This document shows, in pieces, positions 22,896 through 43,700 of a stretch of 64,000 bases of DNA. Source of the DNA: Azolla caroliniana. Its lineage: Eukaryota; Plantae; Polypodiophyta. A model generated the notes under the pieces. It saw only the letters and a list, made by a program, of their open reading frames with translations. It ran no database searches and was not told the DNA's origin. Every line of letters starts with the position of its first letter. The first letter of the stretch is position 1. Both the position numbers and the translations under genes were made by a program. Location of the stretch: the NCBI GenBank assembly GCA_043228905.1, contig JBHGNT010000014.1, positions 19,158,001 through 19,222,000 on the forward strand, in the 5' to 3' direction.

Positions 22896-25752
22896 ATGGA
22901 TTATTTTAACATTGTATATTGGAACCTTCAAGGATTAGGTGTGAGTCATTGTAATAGAGTAAAATGTTACTTGAATCAAGAATTATCTTTATCTTCTATC
23001 GGTAGGCTCGATATGTTATGTTTTCAAGAACATCATCCTAATTCGAGAAGGCTGGCAGTGATTCGAAATTTATTACATGGTAGTTGGATTTATGAATGGG
23101 TCCCAGCTTTTGGACCCTCTGGTACTCAAGGTGGTCTTTGTATTGCACTCAGAATGCAGTGGCAGTCTTATGTGCAGGCTAAAGGAGTTTTGAATGGTGG
23201 TAGAGCTCAATATATGCTTATTCTTATTTCTGGAAAGTTAATTGGTTTTTTGAATATCTATGCTCCGAATTCAGCTAGTGGAAGAATTCGTTTCTAGAAT
23301 ATGTTATTGCAAGATCTTCCTATAGCCCAACATTGGTGTATGTGTGGTGATTGGAACATGATTGAAAGCCCTACTGATAGATTAGGTGGTTCTTCCATTA
23401 CTTTCTCGGGTTCAGAATTGCGTGAGTGGGAGAAACTAATGTTCAAATATGAAGTTACTGATTTGTGGCATATTCCTGCTTTCTCTCACATGCATGATTC
23501 CTTGTTATATTCACGTTCAAATCGAAGAAGTGTTGCTCTCAATTTGTCCAAAATAGATAGGTTCTATGTTGATTCCTTTTTTTGGGATCGTGGAGGATAT
23601 GTGGGTATTGTATCTCAATTTACAAGTAGCGGTGGAGGAATTCTACTTGGCCTCGAGGGCAAAGATAAATTGGCATAAATATCATGGTTTTTGGGTATCG
23701 CCAAATCCGTTGCCTACTTGGATGCCTTCGCAAGAATTCAAATGGGTTCCTGATGGAACCACTATTCGTTACTTGGGTTGCCAAGTGGGACTTCACGTTA
23801 ATGCTGATGTGTTAGTTGCTCCTCTACTTTTAAAGTTAAGAAGAAAATTGTTGCTTTGGGATTCGGTTGATTTATCATTTGCAGGCCGTGTACTCGTAGC
23901 TAATCAAGTTCTTCTGGCAACTATTTGGTATATTGCTTCTACTACGTTTTTTGCTAGGTCATGTATTTTGCAGGTCCAACGTCTTATTCGCAATTACATT
24001 TGGGGAGGAAAAATAAGTCAGAATAAAAGGCCTAAAGTAGCTTGGGCAATATTGATTGCTCCAATACAAAATGGTGGGTTGGGGTTGGTGGATCCGGAAT
24101 CGCAATGTAAGGCCTTGCTCTCTAAATTTGTGTGTAGAGCCATGTTGCCAATGCAAGGTATTTGGAGTCAGCTAATGATGCATAGGTTGTCTACAATCTA
24201 TCCGACAATAGACGGAGTTTGGCAACCCTCCTTAAGGTGGGCATTTATTCAAAATTTTCATTTCTTTAAAACATCCTTACCAGATGATAGATTTTTTAAT
24301 GGAATTCTCACAAGTTGGGCTGCTGTTAAGAAATTTTTGGTCTGAAAAATGCCTTTGACAATGGATGATTTGTTGAGACAGCCTTTGACCTGGAATTTTC
24401 TCTTCTCTGATGCGAGAGGTTTTTTGCTTGGTAGCCGCCCCAGGCTAAATTGGGCTGCTTTGGATGCATCAGTTGCATGTAATGTTCTTTCATGGGGATG
24501 CCATGTTATGAATCGTCCCTTACAATCTTTATCAATGCATTCACTTAGAGGAGGCGTTGTTATGAGTAATGATATGCAAGTGGCATTGGGACAATTTATG
24601 GTTTCATGGTCTCCCTTAAGTAATTAGATATGGTTTGGTTATTTTTCTCCTTTAAAAGTTATTTTAGGAGCTAAAGTAACTAATGCTACGGGTGATGCTA
24701 TGTATTTTAATGTTGATGATGAGGGTAGGTTGTGGCATATACATTGCATTAGATGTGTGGATGTCCGCAAACACTTTGGCCATTCAAGTAGTCGCAAGAT
24801 CGGGGGAAAAATGGTCTTTGGATCCACCATTTCAAGAATGATTGTTGTGTTGCTCATTATGGGTTTTTCAAAAAAAACCTCTTCAAAATTTAGATTGGGA
24901 TCCGGCTGATTATCAATGGAAAAAGCCGAGTTATGGTGGATATGGTAAACATTTGGAGTTTTTCTAATATTTAGTTAAGCTAGATAGGAATTTATTGTTG
25001 CAATCAAAGTATAAATGTCCTGTTGTCATGAAGCATTGGTCTGAGAATAATGTGCAGGAATTACAACTTGCAAAATTTTGGAAATGGTTGTGGAGCATGC
25101 AATTGCCGAAAAAAGTCATTTGCTTTCGATGGCTATTGACTCATTATGCTCTTCATGTTGGTGATTGGTTGAGACAGCATCAACAATATGCTTGTGGATT
25201 GCATTGTGGCGCACCTACTGAATTGATTTTGCACGTATTCTGGTTATGTCCCAAGATCCAGAAATTTTGGAGTAAGTTGTTTTTATTGTTGAGATAACAC
25301 TACTCTCGATCAATATTCTCTTGGGGTGCAGTATTGTGGGGTGTCCTTCATGGAGAGGTTATGATGTATGAAAGTATGCATGCTTCTCATGTTTTTCATT
25401 TTTCTTATGGACACCTCGTTTCCTTCTTCTATTTCACGGTTCAGAATTAAAAATCTGGTCATTTGGCATACAATTACGTCATTGGCTCTTTGGATAATAT
25501 GGAAAGCGAGACGTGATTATGTTTTTAACAATGCCCATATACAGCTCAACACTATGCTTATTGAATTCTAGATGTTGTTTGTTCACACACTTCATGGCCA
25601 ATATGATGATCTGCAAGGTTTCAGATGATGTTTTGTGGCAACGGCAAGTGGCCTTTAAGAACCGATGGCAAGGACTCCAATTATTTTCAGAGACAACTGC
25701 TGGTCCAAAGTGGAATTATGTCATACCTTCATTTATGTTGGATAGTGGATAG
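22896..25752 (+). pseudogene. LINE ORF2 (APE endonuclease, post-RT region, zf-RVT)
   Basis: WNLQGL, FQEH, NIYAPN, GDWN, KIDRFY; then RYLG, GGLGL, WKWLW...C..C..E..HVFWLCP. Stops and frameshifts are present and there is no YADD. Confidence 0.88.
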
Positions 25753-26042
25753 TAAGTATTGTTCTACTTGTTCATATATGACATCATCTGTATCATCAGA
25801 TGTACTAGTTTTTGTATCTTACAAAAAGAAGTGAGATGAAATGTCTCCTTCTGTTTTTCTTATGTAGACTTTTCAAGTAATATACAAAGTTGTATCTTCC
25901 TTAAAATAAAAAGAAGAAGAAAAACAGTTGGCCATTTCTCATGTATTTGTGTTGTGGCCTGAGACGAGAAGCGAGGTGGGCACAAACATATGTGGAAATG
26001 CGTGATGAGTGTCTACAGAATACCATACACGTAGAGACACAT

Positions 26043-26045
<3 letters not shown>

Positions 26046-26090
<45 letters not shown>

Positions 26091-26093
26091 ACA
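26046..26093. repeat. (CA)n microsatellite
   Basis: Direct observation. Confidence 0.95.
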
Positions 26094-26274
26094 CGAAGAA
26101 GTTGAACATTGCGAGGAGTTCGAGAGAGCATCTACCCAGTGAGCGTGATCAGTCGAGCGGATGTCGAATAACAAAGCGTTACACGCAAAGAGACATATGG
26201 AGGTATCGGAAATGGTGATGGTTCGTTACTTATGGATGTCGGCGACCGACCTGACCAGACGAAACTAGAACAAA

Positions 26275-26320
26275 ACCAGAACCGAACCGAACCGAACCGA
26301 ACCGAACCGAACCGAACCAG
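26275..26320. repeat. (GAACC)n pentanucleotide repeat
   Basis: About 8 copies. Confidence 0.95.
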
Positions 26321-26381
26321 ACCAGGCCATTCATTTGGATCCATCTTCTTCTTCTTCTTCTTCTTCCTTTTGGCCCGTCTT

Positions 26382-26411
26382 AAACCCTAACAAAAAACCC
26401 TAAAACCCTAA
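26382..26411 (+). promoter_or_regulatory. Triple telo-box upstream of HSP60
   Basis: AAACCCTAA at 26382, 26395 and 26403, followed by a (CT)n tract, about 115-145 nt before the ATG. Confidence 0.65.
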
Positions 26412-26437
26412 CTGATCCGGCCCTTGCCATTGTACAG

Positions 26438-26475
<38 letters not shown>

Positions 26476-26524
26476 CTTCATCTTCGTCTTCTTCCTCTGT
26501 CCTAAGAGCTCTACCTTCCCCGCC

Positions 26525-32966
<6,442 letters not shown>

Positions 32967-34713
32967 AATAATGCTACAATTTTATATTTTTCCATCCAAT
33001 TTTGTTATGGAGCTGAGTAATAGATTGAATAAATGAATACATCTAACGTATAGACTTTGCCAATGAGCCAGGCCAATGAATGAGGTTATGGTCTGATCAG
33101 AGTTTGAAATCATATTTAAGGCCAAGAAATGTAACAGTTGATACTGTAGTAAAATCTATTTTAGAGTTTTCTGGCCCTTTGACAACGAACTGGAAGTTTT
33201 TGAGGAAGTGGGTTAAGATATGTGGAGGAGCATCAAATGTAGATTTATGGCTATTCCTATGTTCATGTGATTTTAAACATCGACGTCGATGGAAAAGTAA
33301 ATTTCCTTTCTGATGAAACACTAGGAATCTACATCATAAATTGTCCTCGTAACTTGAATATTAACATTTCTCTCATAAGCCAGATATTTGTATTTGGCGC
33401 ATATAGATGTTTTTTCTTCTAGAATGTATGTACATATATACATGTATTGGAATGGGGGTAGTATTTATGTATATATATGTACATATATGTATTGAAATGG
33501 GGGTAGTGCATATGTTTCTGGCAACCATGGTTTCATTTTAGCATATCAACAATGAATTTATTCCATGTTCAGTCAAAGAGTACCCAAAGTTATTACATAC
33601 AGGTCACCAAACACTAAATCTCTCTATTCTCAGGGAGCTACCAAAGCCATTAGATATAGGTCATTAGTTGGCACAATGCCTCAATTATTATAATGCCTGA
33701 ATGATTATAATCTCCACATCTGCCTGAATCATATATGTGGAGCTCCCAAAACCATTAGATACAAGTCATTAAGCAGAATAATGCCTTCTACTAGAACCTA
33801 GGCAATAGGCATGAGCGAATGATGACAATTATAACTGAATTAGAACTTTAAAATCATTTTCATGTGCATCATAAAGAATTGAGTGGCTTCTCGTCCCAGT
33901 GATATAATCAATTCTGCTCCATCACCCTCATGTTAACTGAATTCATCGTAATTAGAACTTTAAAATCATGTGGCTCATAAAAGATTTGGGTGGCTTCTCT
34001 TGTATCAATGATTTATAATCATCCTCTAATGGAAAAAATGTATGGCCACTATAATCTGCCCATAATTCATTAAATTGCAAATAATAACTTGATGTTTGAA
34101 ACCTTAGCCCAATGTCTTCTATTCCATATATTGTGTTCTCTGGTGCTGAGTCAACAAAGGTTCTACAGGTTCCTGAGTACTCCAACATTATTACTGGGTA
34201 GAGAACTTAATTCTACCAATTTGTGCACGTGTCCTGGGAAAATATTGTCCTCAGTACAGAACTTAAATCTACACGTTCCTGGGAAAACATTATTCCACTT
34301 GCCGATAGAAATTCACTTATTAAAGAGAACCCAGTACTACACCATCACTTATTAAAGAGAACCAATTCACTTTTAGTCAATTCACCTACTAGTAGAAATT
34401 AATATATTTCTCCGTTTCCAGAACCACAATTACATGCAATTTATAAAAGTGGTGTACGTCACCTGTCATCAATGATCATATACCTAATCTTCAAACAAGA
34501 TAACTTCAGTATAATCAACCACTATTATAGAATCTTCAGTCAACTTTCTATAATACTAGAGAACCCTAGGAATGGTTAAAATATTATTAAGCATGATAAT
34601 GCTCTCATTCAGCAAGCCAAATTCGACTTCATTTCAAGTACAAGTATGATAAACAGTAATGCAATTGACGAGATAAAGCACGGGCATCTCCTGCATCTAC
34701 AAAAAGGAAGATT

Positions 34714-37700
34714 TCATATCTTCATTGTCCAGCCCATAAAATCATTTGATTTACCCATTTGGATGCTTGTTAAAGTCTCATACAATTCCTGTGAGACTCT
34801 ACCCAATCCTTCATTTGCATATTTTATTCTGCATTCACCCACAAGAAAACATGCCATCAACGGATGCATTTTATCAAGCCTATATGGTTTATAATCTATA
34901 TGCAGGTCCAAACTTTGTATAAATATCCATGTGCTAAGAAAATATACTATTATTAGAGGGTTCTTGCCAATTTGTTGAGAAATTCCTGGTGTTTTCAAAC
35001 ATAACCAAAATATCCTTCTGTGGCACTAAATTAAGTGTATATATTTATATTTTTGAGGACAGAGCATGGACCTTTCTCCTTGTAGTGAAATGCTACCAAC
35101 AGGAGACACCACAACTGCTGTTCCTGTGCAGAAAACTTCAGTTGCATCCCGGAGCTCATTCACCTCAATTAACCTCTCTTCAACCTAAGCATATAATGAG
35201 TAAATAAAAATGAACAGACCGTCTTAATTATAAGAGAATTTACTTATTAGTTGAAAAAGAAACAAATGAGTAATGTGTATGTTCATTAGAATTGTTTTAC
35301 ATTCTTTTAAATTAAATGAAATTTCCCCATTCACCTCATAACCTCGACTTCTTGCTAGTTCAATGATACTTTTTCTTGTGATACCCGGTAGTATTGTACC
35401 TTTCAGTATTGGAGTGGCTAACTTATTTCCCTGCATGCAAAATGCGAGTACAATTAATTAACATATGCAAAAAATGAATCTTTTATTTTTAACAGCCTAA
35501 GATTTAACCACCAAATAGCTAAAAAGTTTTGTACAACATGAAACAAATGTCAAATTCACCACTAGCATTCAATAATAATCAAGGAAGTTTTTTGAAGTTG
35601 GCAAATATACTAAGTCATTTGATTATTTCAGGCCAATAATTATTAGAAAGATACAAAAACACGAGAATTCTACTGTAGCTCAGAATAAAAAAGAAAGGTG
35701 TGAAATCCTTTGTAATGTGTAAGGTAAACAGAACTTCTGGCATTGTGATTGTAAAAACGACCAGAACTTTTGCTGATAATCAAGGAGTTTACTTACCTAC
35801 TTCTCAGTGACTGGGTAACTTTGTTAGCCAGAAGACCATGATAAAAAGATGAAAAACCAAGGAGAGCAAATTGTAGAATTTATTTTCAAGGAATTTGACT
35901 AGATATAATAGGGTATGAAAAGAACTAGAACATTAAGAAGTTGAAAACTATGTCAATAAGAAAAACCACACCTTAACAACAAAGATATTGCAAGAAGAGA
36001 CTTCTTCCACATATTTGTTCTCTACTGCATCTAGATACAAAACATCAGAAAAACCTTCGGCCTTGGCAAAACGCTGTGTTCTCAACACCTGCAATAATTC
36101 TCCCAAACTAATATTCATAAGTGAATTGTAAACTGACAATAATGTAATTTCCGACATTGTAACTAGCATTTCTGAACATCTGTTTCGGTGTGCTTACAGG
36201 TGCATAATTCCCAATAGTTTTCACACTTCCTGTCCCTCCAGGTGTTGCCCGGTGATAAATTTCCTCAACCTTCAAATGAATAGGTGAGAGACCTTCCTGA
36301 AACATAACTCTCCACATTAAATTTCTTAATAAATGTTCTCAATTATAACACAATTCTAGCCAAAGTTGACACATACAAAAAATGCTCAAGCATGGAGTGG
36401 CATGTAACCAATATCCTAGCATCAATAGACAGAATGGAATGAAGTTTTTTTTTTTGCATAGCACTAAAATTATACATTCAGAATATGCATTACCTTGAAG
36501 TAATTGCCAACGGGGGCAACAAAAATTAGGAATGTATACTCGGGTGCAGGTGCCAACCCAAGAATTGAACCAGACCCCATAAGCAGAGGACGAATATAAA
36601 GAGATCCCTTCCCAGGTGGAGGAATCTACAACACAATTACCAACGAGTTATTATAATTAGCATTCTAGCCTACTAGGTGAAAGGACTAATCACGCACATA
36701 CCCAACATATTGCATAATACCTAGTTATCATTCAAGGATGAAATAGAAACAAACCCAACACTTATTCGAAGCTATAATTCATCTATGTAAACACAAACTC
36801 AACGCTTATTGCATAGTTATGATTCATCTGTGAAATAAATACATACCCAGTTTATTGCATAATATCTATATTTCAAGTATTTCACATAATAGCTACGAAT
36901 CAAGACAAAATAATCACCCACCCAATGTTTATAGCACAATTGCTAAGATTCATGTACTAAATAAACACACCTGCCATTTATTGGAATAGCAGATCTAGTT
37001 CAAGTACTAAATAAATACACACCCAACGCTTATTGGCCAGCACAGTTTTCTTCACTGCTTGCACAAAGAGATCAACAGGAGGAGCTGGCATACACAAACG
37101 TTCTGCTCCTGATATCATTCGCATAGCATTCTCCTCTGGACGGAACAATAAGATTTCTTCCTCTTCTGTACGATAAGCTTTCAGACCTTCAAAAATTCCC
37201 TGGAAAGGTGAATTTCACATAATTTGAGAATCCATTACCTACCACAATTGCTTGCTGATAAAAAATCCCTTTTAAGTACAAACCTGACCATAATTAAGAA
37301 TACCGGCAGACGGACTGAGTTTCAAGGGACCAAACGGTTGCATTTCTCCTTTCTCCCATTCACCATCCAAAACACAATGCGAAATATACATGAAATCGGT
37401 TTCATGATAACCAAATCCCAGATTATTCCAATCGATTTGCAGAGTTTTTTCCCTAAAGCACCCCAAATTGCAATATAATAATGTAGTTTAGATTCTTTGA
37501 AAGATTCACAATTACACTTCCACTTTACAGTAATTCTTTAAAAGATTGAATAATGCCAAAACTTCAGAAGTAAAGGGATTATTGTTTTCTCATTGCTGAG
37601 TTGAGCTGACCGAATGATGCTTTACTACCAAATTGGAAAACTTAGAAGGGTTCGTCAGTATTAAAACATGCCTTCAAGAGACTGAAAGAACAGTTATAAT

Positions 37701-40700
37701 ACGTGTCCAAGGCTGCATACTCATACTTAAATTCACGAAGAGAGAATCATTGGGCTATCATATACTTCATAATAATCAGCAGAGCTATTTCACATATTTC
37801 TCGTCACCCGTTTCATTGCTCCACCAACCAACATTGGGCACTATGTCCCCTCACTAGTGCATGTACCAATTATGCATTTTGTGCTTGTAAAACTAGATTT
37901 ATGGAAGATCCAAAGAGTGAAATTAGGAAAGAAGCTTAATTATTCATTTCACCTTAATAATACACCGACGTTACGTTCTGCCTCTTTTTGTGAAAACAAT
38001 TAATTATATCAATTGTATGTGAAAAACATTACATTGGTGCTATAACTACATTTGTGTCGCCGCTACATGGGTGACGGAGTTGTGCTGAAGCACCAATGGA
38101 TAAGATGAACTCTATGCCAACAATCAAGCATGAAAGTATTGTGCATCTACCAATTATGACATAATCACCAAAACCTTAGAAAGAGAAAAATGACCTCAAT
38201 CTCTGAAGTTAGGGAATTCAATATAAATTGAGAAAATAAGCATTATCTTGATAGCTAACAATGTGACAAATCCTGCCAAACCTTATTAGCAATTAGACAT
38301 TGTATGAAACAGTGAGGATCATCTTCCAGTTGAACCATCCACATGCAATTATCTATTGACAATCCATTCCTAGAGAGTGCCCACTACACTATAAGATCTG
38401 CCACCATCAATGATCAAATTTCTTTATATGCCATTCTTGTTCAGTGTTACATGATTATCATCATAGTGATTCCATAAAGAAATGCTAAAAGTTGCTACAT
38501 AGGTAAGGGAGTTTGGATTCATTAAATTCTTTGTAAAACTGGAGTTTCGTTTTTCCGTAAATATTGATAAGGGAACTTGGATCCATGATATACTTTGCAG
38601 TTTCTACAAAGTAAACTCATAATTAGGTGGAATGTGTAATATATGTGCGTTGCATCAACAAAGTCCAAAAACCTTTGAAATTGAGCACCAACATTGATCA
38701 ACTCTATGGCCCCAGGCAAAATCAAGCCATTAAACTGAGCACAATCTATCTTTTCCATGCTAGTATAATAAACTCCCTTTGCAAAGAATTATAATGCTCT
38801 CCAATCGATGGTGATACCCACTTAAATAAAGAGAGAACTTTTTGCCAAGACACAATCAATTGGAATACTTCCATTGAGCATCTTCCACCATGATCCTTAA
38901 TCACCGTCTTCCCATATGTTATAACTTCCTTATCAATGAAACGTTGTAGAATAGATACACCCAATTGAGAGAGCAAACACACGTCTTGCAACAAATGAAA
39001 ATCGATGAGCCATCAAATGAATATCCAAATTCAATAATGCAGCACCCTGCCAACCACTTCGGATTTACCAAATTATTGCAAGCAACTCATGTGATTCCCA
39101 TCTTATCCTTCTTTTGCCACAATGTAAACCAAAGCAGTTGTTGTCATTTGCACATCCTCTCATCTACTTTTCTGACATCCATGACAACTGCAACATTGAA
39201 CACCAAGCCTTCTCGGTCCATAGAAGTAATGGCAAAAGTACATAAAATTGTGGCTTCCCTAATACATTGTGCAATTTTATGTTGCACATGAAATGGCCAA
39301 GATTGTGACTTTCAAAACTCAAATTTGTATACAACTCCCCACTCTAATGGGCTCATTTGCAATACACTCAACTACATCATAAATCTCATATTGTGCCCTT
39401 CCCACTCTGTCCTTAATAGCCAACTATTAATGAAAACGGGACATCCCTCCATTTAATGGCCTCCTCTCCTTGCATTGGAAGCGATGGTGGATTTGGTTCA
39501 TTATTATTCACACTATAACAAACTGATGTGATCATACAGTGATCTTGAGGATTTGGGTGGCCATTGTTCATGCCAGCCATAGAAGCCACAAAAAGTGGTG
39601 ACGCTATATTGCAGATACTATTGCTATTACTGCTCTAAGAGCTAGTGTTAGGGATATGATTAAAAATAGGTTTAGAGTTTGTCTCCCATCAATGTACTTG
39701 ATAGTTTGTTTTCCCTAGCCATAGCCATGTCTGGCACTGCAACGTCCTGCATCGACTACCACAGCCAAAAAATGGCCTTTTTGCAACAATTGCAACTCGA
39801 AAATATCAATGCTGTAGTGTTAAAATATGCATTTTGTATTGTGACACCAATGCTGGGGATAAATGCCCCAAGGACTCTCCTTTTGTATATTTTTGACCCT
39901 TCCATGTGCAAGCTCCCTTCGAGAGCTTTCTAGGCACATATTTACAATATTTTTTGGCCCCAATTTGGGGGGTTATAGGCATTTACATTATCTTTATAAC
40001 TTTTGGTCATTGGCAATGTGTGAACGTGCTCAAATGACCTAAAAGTTACTTATCAATAAGAATTGGTCCCAAAACCTCTCTAGTGAGAGAGGGACTTTAG
40101 CGGCTAGGGTTCCCTCTCCATTTTCTGCACTGCTTTCTCTCTCTTCACACAGCAGCCCACTTCCTAACTGCTATGGATTTGCAATCCTTAAAAGGTGGCA
40201 TTCCTGAAGAGGTTTGGTCTGGTAAACCAGCTTCATATGACCACCTATGCATCTTTGGTTGTGATGTGTTTGTGCATATAAGGCTTGGGTTGAGAAGCAA
40301 GTTAGATGCAAAGTCCATGAAAGGAATCTTCATGGGTTATGGAGATGAAGGTGAAATGGGCTACCTCAACTCAAGAAGGTAATACGCAGCCGAGATGTTG
40401 TATTTAATGAGGCAATTCTGCTTAAAAATGATTGTGCCTCTAAGTGTGACCATAAAAGAGCCAAATTTCAGCATGTACAGCCACAAGTTAAATCTGATAT
40501 GAACCCTTGGGATGCACAACGTTTGGCTAGAAACAATAATGAGCCAGTGGTTATTGAGCCAGATGATGTTGGACAACAAAATGATGCTCCTGATGGGGCA
40601 TATGCAGCCACCTATTCATGACTTAAGCCCATATTATATTCTGCTGTTCTCCAACCCTAAAGAGAGATTCACTTTGCATTCAATTGTCCCGTCTAGTTTT

Positions 40701-43700
40701 TTCTATTAGACCCTCACTTAGAATCTATGGAGGAGTAGAACGCCCCTAAGCATCTATTTACAACTGTTGTCAATAGATAGTCCCATTGTAGCTCAAAACG
40801 AGAACTGTAATGGCCTATAATGCCATTATTATTTTGTTAACCGTCCCTCAACTGCCCATAGAGTTCACCTTGGATATGAACAACCACTTGGATAGAGAAT
40901 TACTGATATAGACCTTGCAACCATACAATTGTCTATGCAATATATGCAAGGTTTGCGGCAAGAAACAAGAATTGGTTTGGTTTGGGAGTCTCAAACTCAA
41001 ACCATTTAAATATTTTGAAACTTAAACCTAGCTGAATCAAACTGCGAAACCTTTAAACCAAAACCATTCAAACCAAACCATTTGAGGGATTCTCAAGCTC
41101 AAACCAAATGGTTCAAGAGACCTATAAACCATTAGGCCATGTTTTCATCATTCAGTTCCAACTTGAAGTGAATTGTTAAAACGGCTATTTTCTTAAAACT
41201 CAACAGAATCTAAAAGAATGGTTAGGTTCAAAGTTAAAAGTTCATAATACATATTACATATCACATATTCATAGTTTATAAAGTTAATTGATCGATGTAA
41301 TTAAACAATTTCATCCCAAACCATTAAGATGTTTAAGCTGCAGTTTGAGGCAAGATGAACCAGAAACTGTTAAGCCAATAAAGGTTTAAACCAAATCAAT
41401 CCTTGAACCCCCAAGTTGAACCAAACCCAAAATGAACTGTTTAAAACATTCTGAACAAAAATAGAACCAGTTAAGCCTTTAACTTGTGATTTTGCTGTTC
41501 TGTTCAGTTCAGCTCAAACTAAATTGTTGCCCATTTCTATATGACTCTCTAAACTTCAGGGATCAAGATATGTGATTTGTTTCTCTCCAATACCTTTGGA
41601 AGAAAGACAATTGCAGCTGAGTTTTTTCAAAATTTGATGACGGAGTTGCCCAAATAATTTCAAGGCTTTAGTGACATAATTTCTCTTCTTCCAAAATCAT
41701 CTGATATGAATCCACTCATTCACATACTTCACGACAGGGTTACAAGGAAGAAAAGCACAACAATCTTCCAAACAAAGTAAAGGGGAGAGGAAGGCCAAGG
41801 TCAACTCTAACTTCAAGCCTACTTCAAGGTCAACAAACAACAGAACCTATAGGGGCTTACATGCCAGTATTATAGATACAAATGTCACATTCAATCAAAC
41901 TATTGTAAAAGAAAAGGCATGATGCCAAGAAATCTTCCTCCACAAGATTCAGCTCATTGCACAATCAAACTCTGCCCATTCAGCCATAAAACATTTTTCC
42001 CATGTTCAGTTGTACCAATCATCTCAAACCTTGATGATTGGCTATTAAACGACAATGCTACCAGTCATATGACCCATGATGAATCTATTTTGCATGATGT
42101 AAAATGCAACTCTTCTCAAATCTCAATAGGAGATGCCTCAAGTCTTGAGGCTTTGTTTGAGTGACATGTTTCTTACCAATCAGCCATGCCTTTGGTGCAG
42201 AATGTCGGTTCAGCCAAGTCGCATCCAAGTGACCTCATGTAAACACTTCCCTGTATTGAGAGCCTCCAACAACATGTGTTTTACTGATGTTTCACAGCAA
42301 AACTAAATATGTCATGGCCCTGGGATTTCTTGCATGAGCACCAATCAGACATCTTTGGAGCAGAATCTGCCTTATTAGGCTGCACCCAAGTGGTGACAAC
42401 TTGCAATCTAGGTGGCCTCATGCAAACACTGCCTTGTACTAAGAATCTAAACTAGTAATTGCCCGTCCTTAACAACATGTGCTTTAAGGGCATTTCACAC
42501 CATAACCTAAGCCCATCACAACACCAGGAATTCTCACGTAAGCTGCAATCAGAAAAGTCTTGGCCTTTCTAAGCTGCACAGAAAGAGGGTGAACCAAGCA
42601 CCCTTCAGACAGGCAACGCAAATGATTGGTTTTTCTCTGCTAGTAGAGATCTCCTCATAGGTCCTGGAGGATTATTCCACCTTCCTCACCAAGTTTGAAA
42701 CCACGTTTGGCAAGTTTGATATGTATTGGAACTATAGGCTCTATTGATAGCCTACAAAAAGGCCCAAAACTTCTGAAGTCCATTTTTTCTAGATCGTCCA
42801 TCCTTGACAATCGTAAAGTAGATTGTGATGCAGCAATACACATGTTGAAGCCGCCCATAAACAATGCTAGATGATTCAATCATAAAGTCTAGAGAAATAA
42901 AACAATCAAGACTTTCCATGACCAAAAATCAACCATATGCATCATTGTACACAACCCGTGTGGAATATTTGTCACGCATAATCATTATTACACCTGAATA
43001 GGATAAGAAACTTGTCTTGTGTAAAACCGCATCCACATAGATGGACACATATGCAGTCTAAAGGAGACACCAGTATGGATAGTGCAGCAGTCATTTCCCG
43101 TGGGTCCAAGCTCACTTAGAAGACAGCAAACAAAATCCTACAAGCTCACTTAGAGTGCAGCAAACAAAGTACAGACATTAGAAACACAATCCATTTTTAT
43201 GTGATACGCAAATTTTCTCATTAATTATCTTCATATCACGCAGCTCAAAAAGGAAAAAACAGAGAATGCAGGATCATTTGGTACGTTTTGTAGGAAAGCA
43301 GCGAGCATGGGTCGGACGCCAGAAGGGCCGGGGAGAGTGTGTCGGCCATTATTAAGAAATAGTTTATTTACATGAGTAAGAAACTGGCCATAGATCTCCA
43401 TATCGTATATTAATTATTTTGTGTAGTTGCTTGTGAATTGACATGAAAAGGTTCTCTAATACAACGACACGAATTATATCTCATTCTCTGTGTCACATTA
43501 AAAGTTTGTCAAAGTATATATTTATTCTATGGGAGTCCTCTGACATTCCATGACACCAATAGTGGGCAATCGTCCTTATACAAGCCCTTGCTCATTAGAG
43601 CAATAGATTGAATAAAACTACTGCATGCAATTTCCAAGGATAAGGACATTCATGCATACCTCCCCATGGCTTTCCATAGACCTTTTGAGGCCTTCCTCGG

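Larger units (their letters stand above)
21477..25926 (+). mobile_element. L1-clade LINE with both ends present, degenerate, RT core deleted
   Basis: 12-bp TSD GTTGGCCATTTC (21465-21476; 25927-25938), ORF1 and ORF2 remnants, A/GAA-rich tail 25903-25924. Confidence 0.9.

Noticed and set aside
26371-26376. Site II element next to the telo-boxes
   Set aside because: The sequence TGGCCCG does not match TGGGCY on either strand.
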